Part shown: positions 41,101 through 52,065 of the stretch, one piece after another
How positions within the stretch are numbered: position 1 is the first letter of the stretch
Layout of the letters: the number at the start of each line of letters is the position of its first letter
Origin: an uncultured Candidatus Rokubacteria bacterium
GTDB lineage: Bacteria > Methylomirabilota > Methylomirabilia > Rokubacteriales > CSP1-6
DNA: 64,000 bases
Assembly: GCA_963771355.1 (NCBI GenBank)
Contig: CAVYTA010000005.1
Coordinates: 800,001 to 864,000 of the forward strand
Direction: 5' to 3'
Notes under the pieces: generated by a model
Seen by the model: only the letters and a program-made list of their open reading frames with translations
Databases searched by the model: none
Told to the model about the DNA's origin: nothing
Translations under genes and position numbers: made by a program

Positions 41101-43378
41101 CTGGTGGGGGTCGGGGCGGGAGCCCCAGCCCGCCGAGATCCGCCTCCTCGAGGGCATCGCGGCCCAGATCGGGCTCGCCATGGAGAACGTGGAGCTCGTC
41201 CAGCAAACCGCCCGCAAGCTGCGGGAGACGGAGACTCTGCTGGCGGTGAGCCGCACGGTATCCTCCACACTCGATCTCGACCACATGCCGCGCGAGTTCC
41301 TGCGCCACGTGGCCCGCTCGCTGGGCGCGAGCACCACCGGCATCTGGCTCGTCGACGAGTCGGGCGAGTGGCTCGAGCCCTTCATGGCCTATCACCTCCC
41401 CACCGGGCCGCGCGAGGCGAATCGCCACCTGCGCCTGCGGGTCTCCGCGCACGAATTCTACGCGGAGGCGGGGCGCACGCTGCGGTCGGTAGTGTCCACC
41501 GACGTGATGAACGACCCCCGTATCCCGGATGCCGTGCGTCAGCTGGTCCCCCACCGCACCCAGCTCTTCGTTCCTATCGTCGCCAAGGACCGGATGGTGG
41601 GTGGCTTCGCCATCACGTGGCGCCACCGCGTGCGGGTCCTCGACGACGGCGAGCTGCGGATGATGGAGGCGGTGGCGAGCCAGGCGGGGGTGGCGCTGGA
41701 GAACGCGCGGCTCTTCCGCGACAACGCGCGGCGCGTGGCGGAGCTGTCCGTGCTCCACGAGCTGTCGCGCGCGGTGACGGGACGGCTGGACCGCGAGGAC
41801 CTGGTGGCCACCATCCAGCAGCAGGTAGGGCGGGTCCTGAACGTGAACTACCTGGTCCTCCTCCTCCACGACGAGGCGGCGGACGAGCTGGAGGTGGTGC
41901 TGCGCGTGGTGGACGGCGCCGTCGACGCCGCCGGGCCGCGCCGCTACCCGCGCCATGGCGTGGGCCTCATGTCGGTGGTGCTGGATACCGGGCGGCCCAT
42001 CCGGACCACCGACTATCTGGCGGAGTGCGCCCGGCGGGGTGTGGACGTGGTCCCGCGCGCGGCGGAGGTACGCCACTGGCTGGGTGTGCCCATGCGGGCG
42101 GGGGACCGGTCCCTCGGCGTGTTCGTGCTGCGGAGCGCCCAGCGCGAGTTCACCGCCGCCGACGAGCATCTCCTCGGCAATATCGCCGACCTCGCCGCCC
42201 TCGCGCTCCGGAGCGCGCGGCTGTTCGAGGAGCGGACTCGCGCCTACGGCGAGCTGGCCGCCGCCCAGGACCAGCTCGTCCGCACCGAGAAGCTGCGCGC
42301 GATGGGCGAGATGGCGTCGGGGGTGGCCCACGACTTCAACAACGTCCTCGCCACCATCGTGGGCCGCGCCCAGCTCCTCCTCAATGAGGTGCGCGACCCC
42401 AAGCACCGGCGCTGGCTCGAGGTGATCGAGCGCTCCGGCCTGGACGGGGCGCAAACGGTGCGGCGGCTCCAGGAGTTCACCCGCATCCGTCGCGACCAGC
42501 CGGTGGTGGCGGTGAGCCTCAACCGGGTGGTGGAAGAGACGCTGGAGAGCACGGAGTCGCGCTGGCGCGACGAGCCCCGGAGTCGGGGCGTCGCGGTGGA
42601 AGTGCGGACGGCGCTCGCCCCCGATCTTCCGCCGGTGGCGGGTGATCCGGCCGAGCTGCGCGAGGCGCTGATCAACCTCATCCTCAACGCGGTCGACGCG
42701 ATGCCGGAGGGCGGCACGCTGACCTTGTCCACTACCGCCGACGCCGACGGCCGGGCGGAGCTGCTGGTGGCGGATACCGGGACGGGGATGCCGGAGCATG
42801 TCCGGCAGCGCATCTTCGATCCGTTCTTCACCACCAAGGGGCCGCGCGGCACCGGCCTGGGGCTCTCGATGACCTACGGTATCCTCTCGCGGCACGGCGC
42901 CCAGATCGGCGTGGAGAGCGAGGAGGGCCGGGGGACGCGCTTCCGGCTGCGCTTCCCCGGCACGACCTTGACGGAGGCGGCGGACCCGCGCACGCCGGTG
43001 CCCGCCGCGGCCGACCGGCTGCGCTGCCTCGTGGTGGACGACGAGACCGCGGTGGGCGAGGTGCTGGGTGACATCATCGAGGCGGCGGGGCATGGGGCGG
43101 TGGTGGTGGATAGCGGCGCCGCCGCCCTCGAGCGCGTCCGCGCCGAGCCCTTCGACGTGGTGTTCACCGATCTCGCCATGCCCGGGATCTCCGGCTGGGA
43201 GGTGGCTCGGGAGGTCACCAAGCTGCGGCCGGGGGTGCCCGTCTTTCTCGTGACCGGCTTCGGGGTGGAGCTGTCCCCCCAGGAGCTGGCCGCCCACGGC
43301 GTGCGGACCGTGCTCACCAAGCCGCTCGACATGCATGAGACCATCGCCCTGCTGGCCCGGCTCCGCCGGTCAGAGTAG
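38123..43378 (+). CDS. Cytoplasmic hybrid histidine kinase: 8x GAF - HisKA - HATPase - REC
   Basis: Eight repeats ending in A[IVL]ENARL-like helices; H-box GVAHDFNN, NAVDAM, DTGTGM, FFTTK, GTGLGL; REC VVDDE..TDLAMP..KP; no TM. Confidence 0.92.
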   Translation: MTEPAYEALVRRNRELEALNAVSATIGRGADLETTAGDALDVVLGLTGMRVGCIFRKEATADELVLVAHRGLQATDAALLGVRPLHGTQVGDAVRTGRVDIALLDSPPSGSAALREMAARIPIRTQITLPIPLKGGIWGAMVLMVRDQRAFDAEEVRALEAVAAQIGLAVERAALLTESRDKSRRLEALREIEGHISAQLDVDALLAVVAESVRRLIGSATAVVYLREGDALRPRAWTPDDAWYRGVLTPIGTGVVGTAAARRLGVIENDYARSPLRLETFVGRYARVLAQPLLAGDRVVGVLVVNRAGDTPPFTDDDLAVLADFASRATVAVENARLFGEARGRAAEYRALFEVAGIISSTLDVQRVLDVIVERCRALLDVGAAGIFRFDADRDALVYERGVGLSAEFIESVVIRPGEGTTGRSYLEGHPVWTADILADAEVSLPETMRARITREGYRAVLSVPIRIKGEAYGVLAVYWWEARSPDALQIELLSALAGQAAIALENARLYQAATNRGRRLAALTRLTETLTATLSLEEVLDRVVRSAVDLFGSSVSRVWLLDPDGRALSLRASAGAVSTVAGRTRFAAGEGLMGHIVATRAPLLVPDLREDARPGNVDSIRAEGIISFAGVPLTLGDRVLGALSVSVRERRPFDEEDLSLLQSLGSQAAVAIGNASLYAETSRRLDETRALLEVAAILNSTLEPQRLLKQAAIRIAQVCGVDRCTIERWEGDRVFPLMSQFADGRRAPAMWEAFTNLAPYAPLEVPVHARAFATRRPVVIDDAEASDLIPARWRQSYGLKSCMAVPLLRGDELIGIMNLDCCDRRITFAPWQVDLAMAIAGQLALSLENARLYAEAQERLRETSALLAVGQVLSQPGTPAQVLRRVAREAARAFGADMAGVYALNPARDALVPVAGYRVPKELLPHFLSQAMVLARMPELAAAWRAGRAVWTADMKGDARFDPALVQGLDPAATLFAPTLVHGEPMGALSLVWWGSGREPQPAEIRLLEGIAAQIGLAMENVELVQQTARKLRETETLLAVSRTVSSTLDLDHMPREFLRHVARSLGASTTGIWLVDESGEWLEPFMAYHLPTGPREANRHLRLRVSAHEFYAEAGRTLRSVVSTDVMNDPRIPDAVRQLVPHRTQLFVPIVAKDRMVGGFAITWRHRVRVLDDGELRMMEAVASQAGVALENARLFRDNARRVAELSVLHELSRAVTGRLDREDLVATIQQQVGRVLNVNYLVLLLHDEAADELEVVLRVVDGAVDAAGPRRYPRHGVGLMSVVLDTGRPIRTTDYLAECARRGVDVVPRAAEVRHWLGVPMRAGDRSLGVFVLRSAQREFTAADEHLLGNIADLAALALRSARLFEERTRAYGELAAAQDQLVRTEKLRAMGEMASGVAHDFNNVLATIVGRAQLLLNEVRDPKHRRWLEVIERSGLDGAQTVRRLQEFTRIRRDQPVVAVSLNRVVEETLESTESRWRDEPRSRGVAVEVRTALAPDLPPVAGDPAELREALINLILNAVDAMPEGGTLTLSTTADADGRAELLVADTGTGMPEHVRQRIFDPFFTTKGPRGTGLGLSMTYGILSRHGAQIGVESEEGRGTRFRLRFPGTTLTEAADPRTPVPAAADRLRCLVVDDETAVGEVLGDIIEAAGHGAVVVDSGAAALERVRAEPFDVVFTDLAMPGISGWEVAREVTKLRPGVPVFLVTGFGVELSPQELAAHGVRTVLTKPLDMHETIALLARLRRSE

Positions 43379-43401
43379 AATCGGGCCGAGGCTCGAACCC
43401 C

Positions 43402-44484
43402 ATGACCAATCCCATCATCACCGAGGCGGTGCGCGCCCTCGTCGACCGCCGCGATCTCACCCGCCTCGAGGCGGCGGCGGCGATGGAAGCCATCATGTCG
43501 GGCGCAGCCACCAACGCCCAGATCGCGGCCTTCCTCACCGCGCTGCGCATGAAGGGCGAGACGGTGGAGGAGCTGATCGGCTTTGCCCAGGTCATGCGGG
43601 AGAAGGTGGTGAAGGTGCGCCCGCGGGCCGGCGACGTGGTGGGGGCCACCGGCACGGACCGCGAGATGCTCATCGATACCTGCGGCACCGGGGGCGACGC
43701 CTCCGGCACCTTCAACGTGTCCACCGCCACCGCCTTCGTGGTGGCGGGCGCCGGGCTCCGGGTGGCCAAGCACGGGAACCGTTCGGTGTCCTCCCTCTGC
43801 GGCTCGGCCGACGTGGTGGAGACTCTCGGCATCGACATCGAGCTCTCGCCCGCGCAGGTGGCGAGCTGCATCGACGAGGTGGGCATCGGCTTCCTCTACG
43901 CGCCGCTGCTCCACACCGCCATGAAGCACGTGATGGCGACACGCCGCGAGATGGGGGTCCGGACGGTGTTCAACATGCTGGGCCCGCTCACCAACCCCGC
44001 GGGCGCGAACGCGCAGGTCATCGGGGTCTACGCGGCGGCCCTCACCGACCCCCTCGCGCGCGTTCTGGCCGAGCTGGGCACCCTGCGTGCCTTCGTGGTG
44101 CACGGGGCCGACGGGCTCGACGAGATCTCCAACACCGGCGAGAGCCACATCTCCGAGGTGCACGAGGGCGTGGTGCGGTCGTCCACCGTGCGGCCCGAGG
44201 ACTTCGGCATGCCGCGCGCGGCGATCCGCGACCTCCAGGGCGGCGACCGGGAGGAGAATGCCCGCATCATCCGCCAGGTGCTGGGCGGGGAGACGGGGCC
44301 GCGCCGGGACATCGTGCTGATGAACGCGGCGGCCGCGCTGGTGGTCGGGAACAAGGCGGAGGACCTCAAGGAAGGGGTCGCGCTGGCCGCCGCCGCCATC
44401 GACGAGCGCTCCGCCGCGGGCAAGCTCGAGGATCTCATCGCGCTCTCGCGCCGTCTGGGATCCCCCCGCCGCACCCAGGGCTAG
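43402..44484 (+). CDS. trpD: Anthranilate phosphoribosyltransferase
   Basis: DTCGTGGD, FNVST, KHGNRSVSS..GSAD, RTVFNMLGPLTNP, GLDEIS. Confidence 0.95.
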   Translation: MTNPIITEAVRALVDRRDLTRLEAAAAMEAIMSGAATNAQIAAFLTALRMKGETVEELIGFAQVMREKVVKVRPRAGDVVGATGTDREMLIDTCGTGGDASGTFNVSTATAFVVAGAGLRVAKHGNRSVSSLCGSADVVETLGIDIELSPAQVASCIDEVGIGFLYAPLLHTAMKHVMATRREMGVRTVFNMLGPLTNPAGANAQVIGVYAAALTDPLARVLAELGTLRAFVVHGADGLDEISNTGESHISEVHEGVVRSSTVRPEDFGMPRAAIRDLQGGDREENARIIRQVLGGETGPRRDIVLMNAAAALVVGNKAEDLKEGVALAAAAIDERSAAGKLEDLIALSRRLGSPRRTQG

Positions 44485-44513
44485 CGGGCTCGTCGCCCGC
44501 CGGCCCCACCGCC

Positions 44514-44533
44514 GGGGGCCTGGAGGCCCCCTT
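44514..44533 (+). terminator. GC hairpin after trpD (weak terminator candidate)
   Basis: gggggcc-tgga-ggccccc followed by only tt. Confidence 0.35.
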
Positions 44534-44561
44534 GACCGTGCCTGTGACGGGGCAGTACTAT
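44532..44561 (+). promoter_or_regulatory. Sigma70-type promoter of the gntR-etf operon
   Basis: TTGACC-N18-TACTAT. Confidence 0.5.
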
Positions 44562-44680
44562 GTGGGCGGCTGGTCGTTGTAAGTGCCCGCCCTGCCGCGC
44601 CGATTTCCGTTCGGGTGCATGACGACGGCATCGTGGGGCCGGCGCAGTTCTAGAACACCGACGTTCCGGAGGCTGGTCGC

Positions 44681-45439
44681 GTGAAAGGTCGTCCACCGCG
44701 CTATCACCAGATCGCCCAGAGCTTGCGCGAGCGCATCGGCTCGGGGCAGCTCGCGCCCGGTGTGCGCCTGGACAATCAGCGCCGGCTCGCGCAGGAGTTC
44801 GGCGTCACCCTCATGACGCTGCGCCATGCCCTCGAGGTGCTGGAGCGCGACGGCCTCATCGCGCGGCGGCACGGGCTCGGCACCTTCGTGTCCACCCGCT
44901 CCGTCGAGTACGACATCTTGCAGCTCCGCACCTTCGCCGGCGACCTCTCCGCGCAGGGCGAGGACGTGGCGACGCGCTTTCTCCGTAGCCAGTTCGAGAG
45001 TGCCGATCGCGGCGTGGCCCGCGCGCTCGGCGCGCCGCCGGGCGCCCGCGTGCTCGCGCTGGAGCGGCTGCGCCTGGTGGCGGGCCGGCCCACCAGCTTC
45101 CAGGCTTCCTATCTGGCGCCCGGGCTCGGCGAGGAAGCGGCCAAGGCCGACCTCCGCGTCACCCCGCTGCGCCAGGTGCTGGCCTTCAAGCTCGGCATCG
45201 AGATCGCCTCCGCGCGCGAGACGGTGTCCGCGGTGCCGCTGGAGGTGCGCGCGGCGCGGGAGCTCGGCTGCCCCGCGGGCATGGCCTCGTTCCGCTCCGA
45301 CCGGGTGTCCGTCGCCGCCGACGGCACCGCGGTAGTCTACGATCGCGTGTTCATTCCGGGTGACCGCTTCCGGATCACCCGGGACCTTCGGTACGGCCAG
45401 GTCAACCGCGGCGACAGCCCAGAGGAGATCGAGTCTTGA
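44681..45439 (+). CDS. GntR-family (HutC/UTRA) transcriptional regulator
   Basis: YHQIAQSLRERI..LAQEFGVTLMTLRHAL..GLGTFV wHTH plus a UTRA-like C-terminus. Confidence 0.9.
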   Translation: MKGRPPRYHQIAQSLRERIGSGQLAPGVRLDNQRRLAQEFGVTLMTLRHALEVLERDGLIARRHGLGTFVSTRSVEYDILQLRTFAGDLSAQGEDVATRFLRSQFESADRGVARALGAPPGARVLALERLRLVAGRPTSFQASYLAPGLGEEAAKADLRVTPLRQVLAFKLGIEIASARETVSAVPLEVRAARELGCPAGMASFRSDRVSVAADGTAVVYDRVFIPGDRFRITRDLRYGQVNRGDSPEEIES

Positions 45440-46218
45440 AGATTTTCGTGATGGTGAAGCAAGTGCCCGACACCGCCACCCAGATGAAGATCAGCAGCGG
45501 CGATCCCAAGGCGATCGAGACCGCCGGCATCACCTGGATCGTGTCTCCCTACGACGAGTTCGCCATCGAGGAGGCGCTCCGCATCAAGGAGAAGCGCGGC
45601 CAGGGCGAGGTGGTGGCGGTGACGCTGGGGCCCGACCGGGCGAAAGAGGCGCTGCGCTCCTGCCTGGCCATGGGCGCCGACCGGGCTGTCCACCTGCTCG
45701 ATTCCGCCTGGGACGGGGGGGACACGCTGACCACCGCGCGCGCGATCGCGGCGCTGCTCAAGCAGGAGGGGCCCGCGCTGGCGGTGTTCGGCCGGCAGGC
45801 CATCGACGACGACATGGGCGCGGTGCCGGCGCAGGTGGCGGAGCTCCTGGGCTGGCCCTGCGCCTCCTGGATCATGGAGGAGGCGGTGGACGCGGGCGGC
45901 ACCTCGGTGCGCGTGGCGCGCCAGGTGGAGGGCGGTCTCGAGGTGTTCGACCTGCCGCTGCCCGCGGTGGTCTCGGCGCAGAAGGGGCTGAACGAGCCCC
46001 GCTATCCCACGCTGAAGGGGATCATGGGCGCCAAGAAGAAGGAGATCAAGGACGTGAAGGGGGCCGATCTCGGGCTCGCCCCGGAGCCGCCGGCGTTGAC
46101 CGTGGTCACCCTCGAGCCGCTGCCCGCGCGGCCGCCGGGACGGATCATCCAGGGCGAGGTCGCCGACGCCGCCAAGGAGCTCGTCCGCGCGCTGCGCGAA
46201 GACGCCAAGGCCATCTGA
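45436..46218 (+). CDS. etfB: Electron transfer flavoprotein beta subunit
   Basis: KQVPDT, PYDEFAIEEAL, AMGAD, GRQAIDDD, NEPRY. Confidence 0.93.
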   Translation: MKIFVMVKQVPDTATQMKISSGDPKAIETAGITWIVSPYDEFAIEEALRIKEKRGQGEVVAVTLGPDRAKEALRSCLAMGADRAVHLLDSAWDGGDTLTTARAIAALLKQEGPALAVFGRQAIDDDMGAVPAQVAELLGWPCASWIMEEAVDAGGTSVRVARQVEGGLEVFDLPLPAVVSAQKGLNEPRYPTLKGIMGAKKKEIKDVKGADLGLAPEPPALTVVTLEPLPARPPGRIIQGEVADAAKELVRALREDAKAI

Positions 46219-46293
46219 GAACGGTAATGGTGATGCGGTGACCAACCGCAACGTGAACAAACTCGACATCTAAGCGAGGCGAAAGAGACAGAC

Positions 46294-47283
46294 ATGGCAG
46301 GCGCGTTCTGGGGCATCGTCGAGGACGACCGGCAGGGGAATCCGAAGAAGGTGATGGCCGAAGTGCTGGGCGAGGCCGGGCGCCTCGCCGCCAAGGCGGG
46401 CGGCCAGGCGGAAGCGGTGTGGCTCACCGACAAGGCCACCGAGGCGGGGCTCAAGCAGCTCGGGGAGTGGGGCGCCAAGCGCGTGCTGCTGCTCGAGGGC
46501 GCGCCCTTCGCGCCGTATCGCGGCGAGGTGTGGGCGGCGGCGCTGGCCGATCTCGCGGGCACGGAGTCGCCCAAGGCCATCCTGGCGCCCGTGAGCACGC
46601 GGCTGCGCGAGCTGATGGCGCGCCTGGCGGCGCGGCTGGGCGCGGGGCTGTCCGCCGACTCCACCGCCCTGACGGTGGACGGCGACAAGATGGTGGCGAC
46701 CCGGCCCGTCTACTCCGGCAAGCTCCTCGCCAAGATGACCTGGGCGAAGACGCCGTGGCTGGCCACGCTCCGGCCCAACGTGTTCCGGCCGGGCGATCCC
46801 CAGCCGGGCGCGGCGCCGGCGGTGGAGAAGCCGAGCGTGACCGCTGCCGCCGCCGTCCTCAAGTTCGTGGAGCGCCGGGAGGAGTCGGCCACCGGCCTGC
46901 CCGAGCTCACCGAGGCGGAGATCGTGGTCTCCGGCGGGCGCGGGCTCAAGGGTCCCGAGAACTTCGTCATCCTCGAGTCCCTCGCCAAGGTGATCGGCGC
47001 CGCGGTGGGCGCCTCGCGGGCGGCGGTGGACGCGGGCTGGCGGCCCCATCGGTTCCAGATCGGCCAGACGGGCCGGACGATCTCGCCGAAGCTGTACCTC
47101 GGGTTCGGGATCTCGGGCGCCATCCAGCACCTGGCCGGCATGCGGACCTCCAAGGTGATCTGCGCCATCAACAAGGATCCCGAGGCGCCCATCTTCAAGA
47201 TCGCGGACTACGGCATCGTGGGGGACCTCTTCGAGGTCGCCCCCGCCCTCGAGCAAGAGTTCAAGAAGCTCCTGGAGAAATAG
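46294..47283 (+). CDS. etfA: Electron transfer flavoprotein alpha subunit
   Basis: VSGGRG, GASRAAVDAGW, QIGQTG, GISGAIQHLAGM, AINKD. Confidence 0.95.
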   Translation: MAGAFWGIVEDDRQGNPKKVMAEVLGEAGRLAAKAGGQAEAVWLTDKATEAGLKQLGEWGAKRVLLLEGAPFAPYRGEVWAAALADLAGTESPKAILAPVSTRLRELMARLAARLGAGLSADSTALTVDGDKMVATRPVYSGKLLAKMTWAKTPWLATLRPNVFRPGDPQPGAAPAVEKPSVTAAAAVLKFVERREESATGLPELTEAEIVVSGGRGLKGPENFVILESLAKVIGAAVGASRAAVDAGWRPHRFQIGQTGRTISPKLYLGFGISGAIQHLAGMRTSKVICAINKDPEAPIFKIADYGIVGDLFEVAPALEQEFKKLLEK

Positions 47284-47303
47284 TTGATCTGGACTGAGAG
47301 GGT

Positions 47304-48455
47304 ATGAATTTAGAGCTGACGGAAGAGCAAAAGGCGATCCAGAACGTCGCGCGGGACTTCGCCGAGAAGGAAGTGCGTCCGATCGCGGAGGCCATCGACC
47401 GCGAGGCCCGCTTCCCGACGGACACCGTGCGCCGCATGGGCGAGCTCGGGCTCATGGGCCTCTTCATCCCCGAGGACTGCGGCGGCAGCGGGGCGGACAT
47501 CGTGTCCTACGCCCTCGCGGTGGAAGAGCTGGCGCGAGTCTGCGCGTCCCATGCCGTCATCATGTCGGTGAACAACTCGCTGTACTGCGAGCCCGTCTAC
47601 AAGTTCGGCACGCCCGAGCAGAAGGCGCGGTTCCTGGCGCCCTACGCCTCGGGGAAGAAGCTGGGCTGCTTCTCCCTCACCGAGCCCGAGGCGGGGTCGG
47701 ACGCCACCAACCAGAACGTGTCAGCACGTCGTGAGGGCGACCAGTATGTGATCAATGGGCGGAAAGTGTTCGTGACCAATGGCCGCGAGGCGCACGCCGC
47801 GCTCATCTTCGCCCAGACCGACCGGACCCGGAAGAGCCGGGGCATCAGCGCCTTCCTCATCGAGAAAGGGACGCCCGGCTTCAATGTGGGGAAGACCGAG
47901 GACAAGCTGGGCATCCGGGCCTCGGACACCGCGGAGTTCGTGTTCGAGGACTGCCGGGTGCCCGCCGCGCACCGGCTGGGCGCGGAGGGCGAGGGCTTCA
48001 AGGTGGCGATGGTGGCCATCGACGGCGGCCGGATCGGCATCGCGGCCCAGGCGCTCGGCATCGCGGTGGGAGCGTACGAACGCTCGGTGGCCTATGCGCG
48101 CGAGCGGAAGAGCTTCGGGGTGCCCATCGGCCAGCATCAGATGGTGCAGTGGATGCTGGCGGACATGGCGACCGCGATCGAGGCCGGGCGCCTGCTCATC
48201 CTGCGCGCGGCCGCGCTGAAGGACGCCGGCCGGCCCTTTGCCCCGCAGGCGGCCATGGCCAAGCTGTTCTGCTCGGAGGCCGCGATGAAGATCGCCACCG
48301 ACGCGGTGCAGGTGCACGGCGGCTACGGCTTCATCAAGGAATACCAGGTCGAGCGCTCGTTCCGGGACGCCAAGATCACCCAGATCTACGAGGGCACCTC
48401 GCAGATCCAGAAGCTGGTGATCGCCCGCCATCTCCTGGCCGGCCCGGACGCGTAG
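47304..48455 (+). CDS. Acyl-CoA dehydrogenase (butyryl-CoA/short-branched type)
   Basis: FSLTEPEAGSD, KLGIRAS, GGRIGIAAQ, HGGYG, IYEGTSQIQ. Confidence 0.93.
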   Translation: MNLELTEEQKAIQNVARDFAEKEVRPIAEAIDREARFPTDTVRRMGELGLMGLFIPEDCGGSGADIVSYALAVEELARVCASHAVIMSVNNSLYCEPVYKFGTPEQKARFLAPYASGKKLGCFSLTEPEAGSDATNQNVSARREGDQYVINGRKVFVTNGREAHAALIFAQTDRTRKSRGISAFLIEKGTPGFNVGKTEDKLGIRASDTAEFVFEDCRVPAAHRLGAEGEGFKVAMVAIDGGRIGIAAQALGIAVGAYERSVAYARERKSFGVPIGQHQMVQWMLADMATAIEAGRLLILRAAALKDAGRPFAPQAAMAKLFCSEAAMKIATDAVQVHGGYGFIKEYQVERSFRDAKITQIYEGTSQIQKLVIARHLLAGPDA

Positions 48456-48467
48456 CGGAGGACACGA

Positions 48468-50120
<1,653 letters not shown>

Positions 50121-50135
50121 GAGGGAGAGAGAGCC

Positions 50136-51206
50136 ATGGCAACCGATCCGATCCGCGTGAGCAAGACGACGACGCCCAAGAAACACCCCAAGGACGGCGA
50201 GCTCGGCTTCGGCCAGATCTTCACCGACCACATGTTCCTGGCCGACTTCCAGGAAGAGAAGGGCTGGTACGATCCGCGCGTCGAGCCCTACGCGCCGATC
50301 CCCCTCGACCCCGCGGCGGCGGTGCTCCACTACGCGCAGGCGATCTTCGACGGCCTCAAGGCCTTCCGCGGCGTGGACGGCAAGGTCCGGCTCTTCCGCC
50401 CCCAGAAGCACATCGAGCGAATGAACAACTCCGCCCGCCGTCTGAACATCCCGCCGCTGGATCCCGAGCTCGCGCTGCGCTCCCTGGTGGAGCTGGTGGG
50501 GCTGGACCGCGAGTGGGTGCCGAAGACCATCGGCACCTCGCTCTACGTGCGGCCGGTGATCATGGCCAGCGAGCCGTTCCTCGGCGTGCGCCCGGCCAAG
50601 TCGTACATCTACTACGTGATCCTGTCGCCGGTCGGCGCCTACTATCCGGAAGGCATGGCGCCGGTGAAGATCCGGGTGGAGGAGAAATACGTGCGCGCGG
50701 TGGACGGCGGGCTCGGCGCTGCCAAGACCGGTGCCAACTACGCGGCCAGCCTCGCCGCCGGCGAGGAGGCCAAGCACGAGGGCTTCACCCAGGTGCTGTG
50801 GCTGGACGGCGTGCATCGCAAGTACATCGACGAGGTCGGGACCATGAACATCATGGTGAGAATCGGGGACGAGGTGCTCACCCCCGAGCTGGGCGGCACC
50901 ATCCTGCCCGGTGTCACGCGCGATTCGGTGCTCACCCTCCTCCGCGAGTGGGGGGTGAAGGCCACCGAGCGGCCGGTCACCATCGAGGAAGTGGCGGAGG
51001 CCCACCGGAATGGACAGCTCGCGGAAGTGTTCGGCACCGGCACCGCCGCCGTCATCTCGCCGGTGGGCGAGCTGGCCTACCAGGGCCGGCGGATGGTCAT
51101 CAAGGACGGCGGCATCGGGCCGCTGACGCAGCGACTCTACGACGCCATCGTGGGCATCCAGTACGCGCGGACGCCGGACCCGCATCGCTGGACGCTCGAG
51201 GTCTAG
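50136..51206 (+). CDS. ilvE: Branched-chain amino acid aminotransferase
   Basis: FTDHMF, LHYAQAIFDGLKAF, AKTGANYAASL, EVGTMN, ILPGVTR, GTAAVISP. Confidence 0.95.
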   Translation: MATDPIRVSKTTTPKKHPKDGELGFGQIFTDHMFLADFQEEKGWYDPRVEPYAPIPLDPAAAVLHYAQAIFDGLKAFRGVDGKVRLFRPQKHIERMNNSARRLNIPPLDPELALRSLVELVGLDREWVPKTIGTSLYVRPVIMASEPFLGVRPAKSYIYYVILSPVGAYYPEGMAPVKIRVEEKYVRAVDGGLGAAKTGANYAASLAAGEEAKHEGFTQVLWLDGVHRKYIDEVGTMNIMVRIGDEVLTPELGGTILPGVTRDSVLTLLREWGVKATERPVTIEEVAEAHRNGQLAEVFGTGTAAVISPVGELAYQGRRMVIKDGGIGPLTQRLYDAIVGIQYARTPDPHRWTLEV

Positions 51207-51219
51207 CCAGGGAGATCCC

Positions 51220-51630
51220 ATGGATTGCGTGTTCTGCAAGATCCGGGACGGGCAGATCCCCTCGTTCAAGATCCACGAGGACGAGCGCACCCTCACGTTC
51301 ATGGACATCAACCCGCTCAACTCTGGACACTGCCTGGTGGTGACCAAGGCGCACGCGGCCACCATCCACGAATCCGACGTGGAAGACCTCAAGGCGATCA
51401 TGGTTGCGGCCAAGAAGGTGGCGGCGGCCATCCAGCACGCGCTCAAGCCGGATGGGCTCAACCTGCTCCAGGCCAATGGGGGCGCCGCCTTCCAGTCGGT
51501 GGCGCACTTCCATCTCCACCTCATCCCGCGCTGGAACGGCGACGGCAAGGGCTTCGACTGGAAGCTCGTGCCCGGCAACCGTGACCAGATCATGAAGACC
51601 GGGGAGCGTTTGCGCGGGCTCCTGAAGTGA
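51220..51630 (+). CDS. HIT family hydrolase
   Basis: [19 protein letters not shown] histidine triad. Confidence 0.93.
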   Translation: MDCVFCKIRDGQIPSFKIHEDERTLTFMDINPLNSGHCLVVTKAHAATIHESDVEDLKAIMVAAKKVAAAIQHALKPDGLNLLQANGGAAFQSVAHFHLHLIPRWNGDGKGFDWKLVPGNRDQIMKTGERLRGLLK

Positions 51631-51644
51631 CGAAGCGCCGACGC

Positions 51645-52049
51645 ATGACCGAGCGCAAGGTCCGGGTGGTGGTGGCCAAGCCGGGCCTCGATGGCCACGA
51701 CCGCGGGGCCAAGATCGTCGCGCGCGCGCTGCGCGACGCGGGCTTCGAGGTCATCTACACCGGATTGCACCAGACGCCGGAGCAGATCGTGGCGGTGGCC
51801 GTCCAGGAGGACGTGGACGCCATCGGGCTCAGCGTGCTGTCCGGGGCCCACAACTACCTCTTCGGGCGCGTGCTGGAGCTCCTGCGCGAGAAGGGCGCCG
51901 ACGACATCGCGGTGTTCGGCGGCGGCATCATTCCTCAGGAAGACATTCTGGCCCTCAAGGCCCTGGGGGTGAAGGAGCTCTTCACCCCCGGCACGTCCAT
52001 CCAGGACATCGTCCGCTTCGTCCGCGAGAACATCCGGACCGCGGTCTGA
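51645..52049 (+). CDS. icmB: Acyl-CoA mutase small (cobalamin-binding) subunit
   Basis: [12 protein letters not shown] (DxHxxG), [15 protein letters not shown]. Confidence 0.8.
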   Translation: MTERKVRVVVAKPGLDGHDRGAKIVARALRDAGFEVIYTGLHQTPEQIVAVAVQEDVDAIGLSVLSGAHNYLFGRVLELLREKGADDIAVFGGGIIPQEDILALKALGVKELFTPGTSIQDIVRFVRENIRTAV

Positions 52050-52065
52050 TCGCCGAGGGGCCGAG

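Noticed and set aside
38942..43336. 1464-aa antisense ORF (also 47721-52208, 56606-58897 and many others)
   Set aside because: These are shadow frames of real + strand genes, expected at high GC with strong codon bias, and contain no recognisable motifs.
43402..44484. Stand-alone trpD as a novel non-Trp enzyme
   Set aside because: All TrpD motifs are canonical, and scattered trp genes are common.
46219..46293. AT-richer 75-nt spacer between etfB and etfA with a small hairpin (tgcggt-gacca-accgca)
   Set aside because: It is too short and has no second copy in the window, so I cannot support an RNA element or mobile remnant.
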